Below are positions 30,272 through 40,070 of a stretch of 64,000 nucleotides of DNA, one piece after another. Under the pieces are notes generated by a model. That model did not search any database. It was not told the DNA's origin and saw only the letters and a list, made by a program, of their open reading frames with translations. Within the stretch, counting starts at the first letter, position 1. The number at the start of each line of letters is the position of its first letter. The translations under genes were made by a program, and so were the position numbers. The DNA is from an uncultured Chloroflexia bacterium (lineage in GTDB: Bacteria > Chloroflexota > Limnocylindria > Limnocylindrales > CSP1-4), in contig CAVVYR010000029.1 in the NCBI GenBank assembly GCA_963752475.1, positions 1-64,000 of the forward strand. The letters run 5' to 3'.

Positions 30272-30317
30272 GACCCTGGACCAGGGACTGGAGGTTCGAG
30301 TCCGTCCTCGTCAGCCA
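30272..30317 (+). repeat. tRNA-Gln 3' fragment copy 5 (most degenerate, about 9 differences)
   Basis: GACCCTGGACCAGGGACTGGAGGTTCGAGTCCGTCCTCGTCAGCCA; upstream GCCGCTCAGGC shared with copy 3. Confidence 0.65.
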
Positions 30318-30344
30318 TCCCTATACCTTCGGGATGACCCCCGC

Positions 30345-31370
30345 TCAGCTCTCCGTGCTCACCCGTGTCCGCAGCCAGCTCACGCCGATGGCCAGCACGA
30401 TCAACCCTCCGAACGCGATGTCCTGGAGGAAGGGGTCGACTCGCATGAGGTTCAGCATGTTGGAGATCACGCCCAGCAGGAGCACGCCGAAGAACGTGCC
30501 CACGACACCTCCGCGGCCACCGGTGATGGGCACACCGCCGATGACGACCGCGCCGATGGCCCGCAGCTCCAGGCCGGCACCCGTGTCGGGCAGGGCGGAG
30601 CCGATGCGGCTGATGAGCACGATGGCGGCGAGACCGACGAGAACGCCGTTGATGGCGAAGAGCAACACGGTCGTACGGGACACGTCGATCCCCGCGAGGA
30701 ACGCTGCACGCGGGTTGTCGCCGATGGCGTAGGTGCGTCGGCCGATGCGGGTGTACTTCAGGAGTAGACCCACGGCCACGTAGCCGGCGAGGCTGATGAC
30801 CCAGATCAGCGGCAGTTGACCGCCGATCCTCGTGCTGGCCAGGAAGGTGAAGTTGTTGGGCACCATCTGGATGACGCCGGAGGTCATCCACAGCGCGATG
30901 CCCGTGAATATGCCCAGCGTGGCCAGCGAGACGATGAACGTCGGCGCCTGGAACGCACGCGCGATGACGGCGTTGAACATGCTGCAGAGCACAGCCACCA
31001 CGATCGCAGCCAGCATGGCCACTTCCTCCGGGTAGCCGGCCAGGACGATCATCGACATCACGACCGCACAGAAGCCCACGATGGCGCCCACGGAGATATC
31101 GAAGTTGCCCGAGATGATGAGGACCGTGGCACCGGCGGCGACCAGGCCCAGGACTGACGTCTGCTCGAGGATGTTGAACAGGTTGCGCGGGTTGAAGAAG
31201 CGCTCGTTCACGAGTCCGGTGATGAGCGCGAGCACCAGCGTCAGGGCCAGCAGGAGCACCCACTGGTTGGCGGCGACGAATTTCAGGACGGCGTTGCGAC
31301 GACTCCGCCGCGGACCGGTCGTGGAGGGGCCGCCCGTGTTGCCGGGAACCGCTTCAGCCTGTGACACCAA
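30345..31370 (-). CDS. Sugar ABC transporter permease
   Basis: GNFDISVG, PTFIVSLA and AVVIGG..ITGGRG. Confidence 0.9.
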   Translation of the reverse strand: MVSQAEAVPGNTGGPSTTGPRRSRRNAVLKFVAANQWVLLLALTLVLALITGLVNERFFNPRNLFNILEQTSVLGLVAAGATVLIISGNFDISVGAIVGFCAVVMSMIVLAGYPEEVAMLAAIVVAVLCSMFNAVIARAFQAPTFIVSLATLGIFTGIALWMTSGVIQMVPNNFTFLASTRIGGQLPLIWVISLAGYVAVGLLLKYTRIGRRTYAIGDNPRAAFLAGIDVSRTTVLLFAINGVLVGLAAIVLISRIGSALPDTGAGLELRAIGAVVIGGVPITGGRGGVVGTFFGVLLLGVISNMLNLMRVDPFLQDIAFGGLIVLAIGVSWLRTRVSTES

Positions 31371-32883
31371 GGAACTCCTTCATGAGGCCCTCTTCGGTCG
31401 CTTCCGCGGCGTCCACGGTCGCGATGATGCGGCCCGATCGCATGATGGCGATGCGGTCGCTGATCGAGAGCAGCTCCGGCAGATCGGACGACACGATGAT
31501 GACGGCCCGCCCTTGCTTGAGTAGATCCGCGATGAAGCCATAGATGTCGTGCTTGGCGCCGATGTCGACGCCCTTGGTGGGCTCGTCGAAGATGTAGACC
31601 TTGGCGTCGATGGCCAACCAGCGGCCGATGACGACCTTCTGCTGGTTGCCGCCGGAGAGACGCCTGACCTCCTGCTCGATGCTGGGCGTGACCACACTCA
31701 GGCGCTCGACGAGATCGCGTGCGAGACCCGATTCGCCCTGCACCACGTGTCCGCGGAGCTCGTTCCACACCGTCGAGAGGTTCTCGCGGACGGCGCGGTC
31801 CGGGAAGAGCCCGGTGCGTGCGCGATCCTCGGTCACCAGACAGATGCCCGCCTCGACGGCCTCCCGTGGGCTATGCGGCTTGACGATCTCTCCGTCGATG
31901 ACCAGATGGCCGCTCCGACGCGCTCGCGCACCGAAGACGAGCTCCATCAACTCGGTGCGCCCAGCGCCCACGAGCCCACCGAAGCCGAGGATCTCGCCGC
32001 CGTGCACTTCGAAGGAGACCGGCTCCGGGATGCCCGGACCGCTCAGGTCATGAGCGCTCAGGCGAACGTCGCCGATCTCGACGGATTCCTTCACGAAGAA
32101 GGCCGATGCGTCGCGCCCCACCATCAGCTGGACGAGGCCATCCGGGGTGGTCTCTGCCACCGGCTGTGTACCCACCCAGCGGCCATCCTTGAGCACCGTC
32201 ACACGGTCGCCGATCTCAAGGACCTCCTCGAGGTAGTGCGAGATGTAGATGATGCCCAGTCCCTTTTCCGCCAGCCGGCGCACCAGGCCCAGTAGGTGCT
32301 CCGTCTCGCTCTGGCCGAGCGAGGCCGTGGGTTCGTCGAGCACCAGGACCGACGGCTCGAAGCTGAGCGCCCGCACGATCATCGTGAGTTGTCGCTCCGC
32401 TGGCGAGAGATCCGCCCCCAGCGCATCGGGGTCGAGCCCGACGCCAAGGTCGTCGACCAGCTCGCGAACCACGCGGCGCTGGTGGCTACCGTCGACGACG
32501 CCGAGCCCGCTCGTCGGCTCCTTGCCCAGGAAGATGTTCTCGGCCACCGACAAGCTGGTGACGATGTCCGCGTCCTGATAGATGGTGCTGACACCAAGCG
32601 CCAACGCGGTGCGTGGCGTGAGGTGGTCGTGCGGCTCTCCGGAGATCCGGACCGTGCCTCGATCCGGTCGTTCGACGCCGGCCAGGATCTTCATCAGCGT
32701 GGACTTGCCAGCGCCGTTCTCACCGACCAGGCAATGCACTTCGCCGGCGTACAGGTCGAAGCTGACGTCGACGAGGGCGCGCGTACCCGGATACGTCTTG
32801 GAGATGGCCTCGAGAGAGAGGACCGGCCGCTCGGTTCGCGTCTCCGCGACCGAACGCCCGGTCCCTTCAGCTTGCGCGATCAA
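31354..32883 (-). CDS. Sugar ABC transporter ATP-binding protein
   Basis: GENGAGKS, LSGGNQQK and DEPTKGVD. Confidence 0.92.
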   Translation of the reverse strand: MIAQAEGTGRSVAETRTERPVLSLEAISKTYPGTRALVDVSFDLYAGEVHCLVGENGAGKSTLMKILAGVERPDRGTVRISGEPHDHLTPRTALALGVSTIYQDADIVTSLSVAENIFLGKEPTSGLGVVDGSHQRRVVRELVDDLGVGLDPDALGADLSPAERQLTMIVRALSFEPSVLVLDEPTASLGQSETEHLLGLVRRLAEKGLGIIYISHYLEEVLEIGDRVTVLKDGRWVGTQPVAETTPDGLVQLMVGRDASAFFVKESVEIGDVRLSAHDLSGPGIPEPVSFEVHGGEILGFGGLVGAGRTELMELVFGARARRSGHLVIDGEIVKPHSPREAVEAGICLVTEDRARTGLFPDRAVRENLSTVWNELRGHVVQGESGLARDLVERLSVVTPSIEQEVRRLSGGNQQKVVIGRWLAIDAKVYIFDEPTKGVDIGAKHDIYGFIADLLKQGRAVIIVSSDLPELLSISDRIAIMRSGRIIATVDAAEATEEGLMKEFLGVTG

Positions 32884-32907
32884 GGGTGAGCAGGGTGGCT
32901 CTAGGGA

Positions 32908-33981
32908 CTAGCGACCCACGAGCAGTTCGGGGTAGTGGGTCTCGGTCAGCTCCCAGTAGATGTCGTCGGGGATCCACGGAACGACCTGGGTGGGGTCGTC
33001 CATGTTCGCCTCGGTGACCTCGATGACCGGCAGCACGATGTGCTGGTTGATCTCATCGGTGCAGCCGCTCACGTAGTTGTTGAGCGCGTGATAGGCGACG
33101 AAGCCCTCCCAGCCGGGGGAGCTGCTGATGGTGTAGTGCAGCGAACCGTCCTGCAGCAGCTGGACGCCGACATCGGGATCGCCGTTCTGCGCGAAGACCT
33201 TGATGGGGTCGTTCAGCGCACCCTCGTTGCGGAGCATGCGGATGACCGCGCTGGCCATGTCCTCGTCCATGACGAAGAGGAGGCCGAAGTCCTCGCCTGC
33301 GAAGAGCAGGTCCTGGGCCAGCTGCGCGGCGTTGTCGGGGCTGTAGCCGGTCTCCTGGATGCCGACGAGCTCGTTGACGCCCAGCTCTTCAGCCTTGGTC
33401 GTCATGCCCTCGTTGATCTTCTCGCTCGGCGGAGAGCCGAAGATGCCGGTCAGGATGTAGAAGGCCTCGCCGGGATGGTTGTCGGCCATCCACTGGGCAT
33501 AGGACTCACCCATGCCGACCCAGTCGAAGTCGACCGAGGCGACGTGGTCGGTACCGTTGGCGATGACCGTGCCCACGCTATCGGTGAGGACGACCGGGAT
33601 GCCAGCGTCGTTGCCGGCGTTGGCGGCCGCGGTCGCACCAGCCTCGGTGGACGAGAACATGCTGATGCCGTCGACCTCTTCGTTCACCGCGTTGGCGATG
33701 TTCTGGAGTTCCTTCTCGGCGTCGTAGGCGGTGTCGTACTCGATGACCGTATTGCCGTCTGCCTCAGCCGCGAACTTGAAGCCGTCGACATCTCGCTGGT
33801 ACCAGGTGTCCGGTCCGGGCTTGATGTAGGCGTACGTCTTGCCGCCGGCGGTCGGGTCACAGGCCGCGGCGTCGTCCTGCGCCACCGCCGGTGCCGCTCC
33901 AGCGAGCATCGAGCCGGCCAGGACCGCGCCACTGACAAGGGCGATGCGCGCGTGCGCGCGAGTAGGGGAACCAGCAGTCAT
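32908..33981 (-). CDS. Sugar ABC transporter substrate-binding protein
   Basis: Signal peptide AVA-QD; RbsB-like AGIPVV; operon context. Confidence 0.85.
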   Translation of the reverse strand: MTAGSPTRAHARIALVSGAVLAGSMLAGAAPAVAQDDAAACDPTAGGKTYAYIKPGPDTWYQRDVDGFKFAAEADGNTVIEYDTAYDAEKELQNIANAVNEEVDGISMFSSTEAGATAAANAGNDAGIPVVLTDSVGTVIANGTDHVASVDFDWVGMGESYAQWMADNHPGEAFYILTGIFGSPPSEKINEGMTTKAEELGVNELVGIQETGYSPDNAAQLAQDLLFAGEDFGLLFVMDEDMASAVIRMLRNEGALNDPIKVFAQNGDPDVGVQLLQDGSLHYTISSSPGWEGFVAYHALNNYVSGCTDEINQHIVLPVIEVTEANMDDPTQVVPWIPDDIYWELTETHYPELLVGR

Positions 33982-34115
33982 CAGTAACTCCTCACTCCTG
34001 CTTGGACCGAGAGCATCCGGGAATCCGGAGCCCGGGGGCCCTCATCGTGACACGCACTGTCAATCGAGGATCGACCAACGTGCCGCCATGGATGGGCGCG
34101 CTCAGCGACGCCCGC

Positions 34116-35018
34116 TCAGGCCTCGCTGTGGGCGATCGCCTCGCGCCAGCGACGCACCGATTCCACGAGGTCGGTGAGCGTTTCATCATCGGGCGCCTCG
34201 AAAGCGGGCATGACCTCGAAGATGAGCGGCGCCGTCGATCCCGGCCCCAGAGCCTCGAGTACCGCCGCTGGACGGATCCGTCCCGTCTCATCGTGCTCAG
34301 GGGTGAACGGCCAGTGCCGGTCACCGTGGACGTCGGTCTGCTGGATCTGGATGACCGCTGCCCGCTGGCCCAGCCGTCGCAGCCAGGCATAGGGATCACG
34401 CTCCTCCCCCTCGGTCCCCGGCACGCACATGTGTCCCACGTCGAGACACAGCTGGAGCGGGACGTGCTCGTCGTCACCATCGGTGATGAGTGATTCGATG
34501 TCGGCCATCGTCGACGGCTCGCGCCGGGCGGCGAGGTTCTCGACGAGGAACCCCTGCAGCCCGCGGCGTCGAGCTGACGCTGCGAGTCGGTCGAGGCGCA
34601 TCCGTAGCTCGTCCCAGAGCTTCGAGCGTCGCTCCGCATCAGCCCAGTCAGGGACGCTGAAGGCACCGACATGCCCGCCGACCGACTCGGCGCCGAGCCG
34701 CGACGTGAACTCGATGGCGATCTCGTACCAGCGCTCCGCCGCATCCCGTTCGCGCACGTCCGGGTGCAGGAGCAGGTTCGAGGAATAGCCGGCGACGCCG
34801 GTGAAGGCCGAGTGGATGGCGATCCCGTGCCGATCCGCCGCCTCCCGGTGCTCGACGGCCACGCGGGCCAGCGTGTCGCCGTCCTGGGTCAGGTCGACGA
34901 GGTCAAGTGAGACCTGGACCAGATCGAGGCCGAGCGTGTCACGCACGACCGGGGCCCAGTCCGCGGGACGTGGCCAGCGCTTGACGGCGAAACAGGTGTT
35001 GATTCCGAGCTGGACCAT
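34116..35018 (-). CDS. Sugar phosphate isomerase/epimerase (xylose isomerase-like TIM barrel)
   Basis: LGINTCFAVKRWP, LVEN, LCLDVGH, QQTD..GDRHWPF and FEV. Confidence 0.8.
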   Translation of the reverse strand: MVQLGINTCFAVKRWPRPADWAPVVRDTLGLDLVQVSLDLVDLTQDGDTLARVAVEHREAADRHGIAIHSAFTGVAGYSSNLLLHPDVRERDAAERWYEIAIEFTSRLGAESVGGHVGAFSVPDWADAERRSKLWDELRMRLDRLAASARRRGLQGFLVENLAARREPSTMADIESLITDGDDEHVPLQLCLDVGHMCVPGTEGEERDPYAWLRRLGQRAAVIQIQQTDVHGDRHWPFTPEHDETGRIRPAAVLEALGPGSTAPLIFEVMPAFEAPDDETLTDLVESVRRWREAIAHSEA

Positions 35019-35127
35019 GTCACTTCCTCCGGCGGGCGGGACAGCCGAGACGATATCAGCAGGAACGATCGAGGCGGGCTCGCAGATGGTCAGGGCCTTC
35101 GGCATCGAGCCGAACGACGCTGCTGGT

Positions 35128-35898
35128 CTAGAACTTGCCGCTGTTGGGCTGTGGGCCCTCCGGCATCGGCTCCATGTTGTCCCAGTGCTCGACGATCTGG
35201 CCATCCTTCACCCGGAAAAGGTCGAAGACGGCCAGCTCCTGGCCCAGGAACACGTGGCTGTAGACCATCACGAAGTCACCCTGGCCGATGATCTTGAAGA
35301 CGTCGCGATAGACCATGTCGCTGCCGGGGCCGGCCATGAACGCCTGGAGGGCCTCCAGCCCGTCGGGCACCCGCGGGTCGTGCTGGATGTACCTCTCGGC
35401 CGAGACGTAGTCGACGATGCGCTCGGTCCGGTGGTGGACCAGGACGTCATCGACGAACGATGCCACCAGCGCCTTGTTCTCCTCGGTCTTGTCCTCATCG
35501 CTGATCCGCGTGGGGCCGTCGATCTGGGTGTGACCGTTGGCGGAGGGCTCATCGCTGTAGGCGGCGATGACGTCCCAGTGCTCGACGATCCTGTCGTTCT
35601 GGTCGGTATCGAAGAGGTCGGTCGTGACCCACTTGGCGGCGCCGTCGTTGATGTCCTGGTAGACGTGGACGAAGACGAAGTTCCCGTCCACGAGCGAACG
35701 GACCACCCGGATATCGCGCTTGGGGTTGTTCCGGACGAACGGCTCGAAGAAGGCTACGAAGCCCTCGACGCCGTCGGCCACGCCGGTGCTGTGCTGGGTG
35801 TAGCGATCGCCGGTATAGGCCTCGACCGCGCAGCGGACATCGCCGTCACGGATGCCTTCCATGTACAGGGCCGTCGCGTTGGCGAGCTTCTGGTTCAT
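35128..35898 (-). CDS. Tandem SnoaL/NTF2-like domain protein
   Basis: Two repeats of YxQH..V.DG...VEHWD. Confidence 0.85.
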   Translation of the reverse strand: MNQKLANATALYMEGIRDGDVRCAVEAYTGDRYTQHSTGVADGVEGFVAFFEPFVRNNPKRDIRVVRSLVDGNFVFVHVYQDINDGAAKWVTTDLFDTDQNDRIVEHWDVIAAYSDEPSANGHTQIDGPTRISDEDKTEENKALVASFVDDVLVHHRTERIVDYVSAERYIQHDPRVPDGLEALQAFMAGPGSDMVYRDVFKIIGQGDFVMVYSHVFLGQELAVFDLFRVKDGQIVEHWDNMEPMPEGPQPNSGKF

Positions 35899-36006
35899 GC
35901 GTGTCCTCTGCTTCCGAGACATTCGGGGGCGACTAACTGGAGGGTGCCAGCGCGATGAGGGTGTCCCTCGCGGCCCGTCAGCCTGTGCGCTGCCGGGCCG
36001 TTGCTC

Positions 36007-36958
36007 TCAGGCAGCCCACTCCTTGGCGAGGGCGCCCAACAGGTCGACGTAGTCGAGGTCGTGAGGCATGAAGTCCTGGAGCACGATCATGTCGACCCCA
36101 GCGTCTGCGTAGGCGCGGATCGTGGCGGCCGCCTGGTCTGGTGTACCGACGGCCCAGGAACCGCCCCGCTCCGACGTGAGCGACGCCGCGCTCTCGAGTT
36201 CCAAGGTCTCGACGATGTCGGCGATGCGGCGGTCGGCCTCGCCGCGATCGGCGCCGATAGCGGCGGCACACAGCACGGATGTCATGACCTCGCCCGGGTC
36301 GCGGCCAACGGCTGAGCAAGTGTCGCGGAAGCGACCGAGGGTCTCGGCCGTGCCGGCGGGATCGATGGTGTTGAGGTTGAGATGGTCGGACCACCGTGCG
36401 GCCGTGCGCAGCCCTCGCGGCTTGCCGACGGTACCCATGATCAACGGGATCCCCGGCTGTCTGTACGGGCTTGGGCGCGTACCGCGTGTCCTCCACCGTG
36501 TAGTGCTCCCCGTGGAATGACCAGCCCGGCGCCTCGGTCCAGAAGCCGCGCACGACCTGGAACTGCTCCTCCATCATCTCGATGCGAGTGGTCCAGTCGT
36601 GGAAGGCCAGGCCGTGGCGCGTGTGTTCGGCTTCGTTCCAGCCGGCGCCCAGGCCTAGCTCCACGCGACCGCCGCTCATCTCGTCGATGGTGGCCACGAC
36701 CTTGGCCACGTTGGCCGGATGTCGGAACGTGACCGGCGAGACCATCGTCCCGTGCCGCAAGGTGGAGGTCTCGTGCACGAGGCCCGCGATCGTGGCCCAG
36801 GCATCGGTCGTGTGCTTGCCCGCAGGGCCGGGGAACGACTCGTAGTGGTCGGACCGATAGAGGGTCTCGAAGCCGGCGGCCTCGGCGTGCTGCGCGATCT
36901 CGACGTGGGTCGACCAGTCGACGTCTTGCTGGTTCTCGATCATCAGGGCGAAACGCAT
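36007..36958 (-). CDS. LLM-class (luciferase-like, possibly F420-dependent) oxidoreductase, one apparent frameshift near 36450
   Basis: YRSDHY, VSPVTFRHP, SGGRVELGLGAGW and PKPVQ; continues in ORF 36007-36444. Confidence 0.85.
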
Positions 36959-37247
36959 ACTCACCTCTTGCCGGGCTGCCAATCGCGGTCGTTGCCGCCA
37001 GCCCATGGTATGTCGGCGCTGCGCTTGGAATCGGTCTGGTCCATCGTCTCACTGGGGTTCTGTTGCAACCGGCTTGCCGGATCGCGCGACTCGACAACGG
37101 GTCTTGATCAGCGCAGCGTCGGGCGAGATCGGGTACCAGACGCACCTGGCTCTCGCGCCCGGGAGACGATGAAGCCCCGGACTTCATGCCCGGGGCCCAT
37201 CGCGTTAGCGGACGGGTTTGCAGCTCCCGCCCGATTCGATCAGGTCG

Positions 37248-38330
37248 CTATTCGGCCTTGGGGCACGCGAACGTGTTGCAGACCTCCTGTGCGTTGTCCG
37301 GCGCGACCGTGTCGAACGGCAGCACCAGCCACAGCGGCGGATTGGTGCCGTTCACGAGCAGTTCATAGGCCCAGTCGATGGCCTGCTGGCCGCCGGTGGG
37401 ATAGACGAACGTGACGCCAAGCCTGCCGTCGAGGACGGACATGATGCCGCCGTCGGGGGTCGGCAGGGCGTCGATGCCGATGAACAGGACCTCGCTAGCG
37501 TCGATGCCCGCGTCCTGGGCGGCGATGTATGCGCCCTCGGCCATGGGGTCGTTGTGTCCATACAGGACGTCGACATCGGGATGGGCCTGGAAGGCAGCTG
37601 CCGCGGACGGCACGGCCTTCTCACGCAGCCAGTCGGCGTTCTGCGAGAAGACGATGTTGTCCTCCGCCAGGCCACCGGCCTCGAGACCCATACGGAAGCC
37701 GTCACCACGGTCCTTGGCGGGCGGAGCGCCCTCCAGGCCGCGGATCTCAGCGATCTTGCAGGCGTCGCGACCGTTGTCCGCGCACCACTGGGCCGCATAC
37801 TCACCGGCGCCCTGGCCGATGGCCACGTTGTCGGCGCCGATGAACATGGAATAGTTGGTCTCGACCAGGTTGCGGTCGAGCACGATGACCGGGACGCAGT
37901 CCTCCCAAGCCTCCTTGACGATGTCATTCAGGGGAGCCGCCTCGTTGGGGGAGATGATCAGCAGGTCGATGCCCTGGATGAGCAGGTTCTCGACGTCACT
38001 GACCTGGTCGGCATTGTCCTGGGCGGCATCCTGGAAGACGATCTCGATCTCGGGATAGCCTTCCGCCGCAGCGGCGAGCTGGCTGTCCATGGCCTCGCGC
38101 CATGGCTCGGCGCGGTTCGCCTGCGACATGCCCACAAGGTACGTGTCCTTGGCTTCCGGCATCGGACAATCGGCGGGCAGCGGGCCGTCGGCTCGCGCGT
38201 CCTCCTTGACGGTGCCGCCACCGAGCTGATCGTCGGTATACGGGGTCCAGGCGTCTGCGGCCAGGGCAGCGGACGCCGAGCCTACGGTCAGCGCGGCTGT
38301 GAGCGCGCCGACGAGGATCTTCTTGGTCAT
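37248..38330 (-). CDS. Sugar ABC transporter substrate-binding protein
   Basis: Signal peptide; DLLIISPNEA, PVIVLDR, IGADN, HNDPMA and GIDAL. Confidence 0.9.
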   Translation of the reverse strand: MTKKILVGALTAALTVGSASAALAADAWTPYTDDQLGGGTVKEDARADGPLPADCPMPEAKDTYLVGMSQANRAEPWREAMDSQLAAAAEGYPEIEIVFQDAAQDNADQVSDVENLLIQGIDLLIISPNEAAPLNDIVKEAWEDCVPVIVLDRNLVETNYSMFIGADNVAIGQGAGEYAAQWCADNGRDACKIAEIRGLEGAPPAKDRGDGFRMGLEAGGLAEDNIVFSQNADWLREKAVPSAAAAFQAHPDVDVLYGHNDPMAEGAYIAAQDAGIDASEVLFIGIDALPTPDGGIMSVLDGRLGVTFVYPTGGQQAIDWAYELLVNGTNPPLWLVLPFDTVAPDNAQEVCNTFACPKAE

Positions 38331-38502
38331 CCTTGGTTCCTTTCAGGTAGACGTACGTGACTGGAACTCGGCTCGTGATCGTACTTCTGTCAGGTGCCAC
38401 CCCCTCGTCGCGTGATCCGGTGCTCGACGTGGTCGTCGGTATGCATCGGCTGTCCTTCGCGTGATGACCGAGAACGCAGGTTCGTCGCTTCTCCTCCTCG
38501 TG

Positions 38503-40065
38503 CTACTCGTCTGCCAGGCGTGGACGCATCTGCTGAAGCGCTACCGCACCCACCACTAGCATTCCCTTGATGATCAACTGGGCGTTGCTGTTCACGTTGT
38601 TGAGGCTGAGCATGTTGTCGAGGATGCCCAGGATGAATGCGCCCGCGACGGCGCCGGCGATGGTCCCTCGGCCGCCCATCAGACTGGCACCGCCGATGAC
38701 CACTGCCGCGATGGCGTTGAGCTCGTAGCCCACGGCTTCATTGGGACTGCCCTGGTCGAGCTGTGCCGCATGCACGATGCCAGCCATGGCGGCGAAGAAG
38801 GCGCAGAGCATGAAGGCCATGATCTTGATGCGAGAGACGGCCAAGCCTGACAGTCGTGCAGCGACCTGATTGCCGCCGATCGCGTAGAGATACCGACCCC
38901 ACGTCGAGTAGCGCAAGACCAGGGCCATGATGGTGGCCACGCTGAACATGATGAGCGCCGGTACCGGGAGCTGCGGGAGCGCGTCGTGCACATCCAGGCG
39001 CTGGCCGATGACCTCGAACATCGGGTCGGCCCCGCCCTCGCCATAGGAGATGGGCACGGCGATATCGTTGGACCAGATATGGGCGATGCCGCGGGCTACG
39101 CTCATCATCGCCAGGGTGGTGATGAAGGCGGGAACTCGGAAGCGCTCGCTCAGCCAGCCGTTCCACCAGCCGATGAACAGGCCCAGCGCCAGGATGACCA
39201 TGACCGCCGCGTACCAGGGCACGAGGTCGCGCATGAGCAGATAGGCCACGCCTGTAGCGCCGAGGGCCACGACCGAGCCGACAGAGAGGTCGATGCCGCC
39301 GATGATGATGACCAGCAGCATGCCCACCGCGAGGATCCCGGTCTCCGAGACGTCACGCGCGACGTTGCTCAGGTTGCGCTGGTTGAGGAACAGGATGCTG
39401 TCGTCGCGCGTGGGCGAGAAGACGATGGCCAGCACGATGACGATGAAGAGCCCGAAGAACGGCTGGAAGCGGAAGACGAGCGAGACCGACTTGGCCACGC
39501 GCGGGTTGTCCATCCAGGCGCCCACGGACTCGCGCAGTCGTTGCAGCCAGTTCACCTCGCTCGAGACGGTCTGCAAGGACGCGGTCGACCGCACTGCGAA
39601 GCGCTGGATGATGAGCACGGCTGAGGCGAAGCACGCCAGCCAGAACCCGACGCCGGTGTGCTGCAGCAGTTGCACCGGCGAGTCGCTGTCGTCGAGGAAA
39701 TACAGCACGAAGTAGGCGAAGGTGATGAGCCCGCCGACCGGCACGAGGGCCGAGGCCCAGCGGAGACCCCAGCGCTCGCTGGTCGTGATGTAGAGGCTGA
39801 CGCCGGCGACCACGGCCCCAAGAGGCACGAGCAGCAGCCGCCATCGCGTGTCCGCGAGGTAGGCGCTGAGATCCTCCGACAGCGGCGGCGAGCCTGAGAA
39901 GAGCAGGCTGATCGCGCTGACATCGACGCCTTCCTCGCTCATCCATGGCAACGCGAAGAAGGCCAGGGCCACAGCCACGATGCCGCCAAGACAGAGGACG
40001 TCGACCGGCGTCAGGCGAGCGCTCCTCCAGCCCCGTGGCGTGGCCCTTGCGGATCGCTGGCTCAT
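38503..40065 (-). CDS. Sugar ABC transporter permease with an extra N-terminal membrane domain
   Basis: C-terminal GGIDLSVG, PAFITTLA and AVVIGGASLMGGRG; about 190 aa extra hydrophobic N-terminus. Confidence 0.85.
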   Translation of the reverse strand: MSQRSARATPRGWRSARLTPVDVLCLGGIVAVALAFFALPWMSEEGVDVSAISLLFSGSPPLSEDLSAYLADTRWRLLLVPLGAVVAGVSLYITTSERWGLRWASALVPVGGLITFAYFVLYFLDDSDSPVQLLQHTGVGFWLACFASAVLIIQRFAVRSTASLQTVSSEVNWLQRLRESVGAWMDNPRVAKSVSLVFRFQPFFGLFIVIVLAIVFSPTRDDSILFLNQRNLSNVARDVSETGILAVGMLLVIIIGGIDLSVGSVVALGATGVAYLLMRDLVPWYAAVMVILALGLFIGWWNGWLSERFRVPAFITTLAMMSVARGIAHIWSNDIAVPISYGEGGADPMFEVIGQRLDVHDALPQLPVPALIMFSVATIMALVLRYSTWGRYLYAIGGNQVAARLSGLAVSRIKIMAFMLCAFFAAMAGIVHAAQLDQGSPNEAVGYELNAIAAVVIGGASLMGGRGTIAGAVAGAFILGILDNMLSLNNVNSNAQLIIKGMLVVGAVALQQMRPRLADE

Positions 40066-40070
40066 CGGTG

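Noticed and set aside
6915-30317. Classical integron
   Set aside because: No IntI and no attC-type RYYYAAC...GTTRRRY structure seen; the repeats are tRNA-derived.
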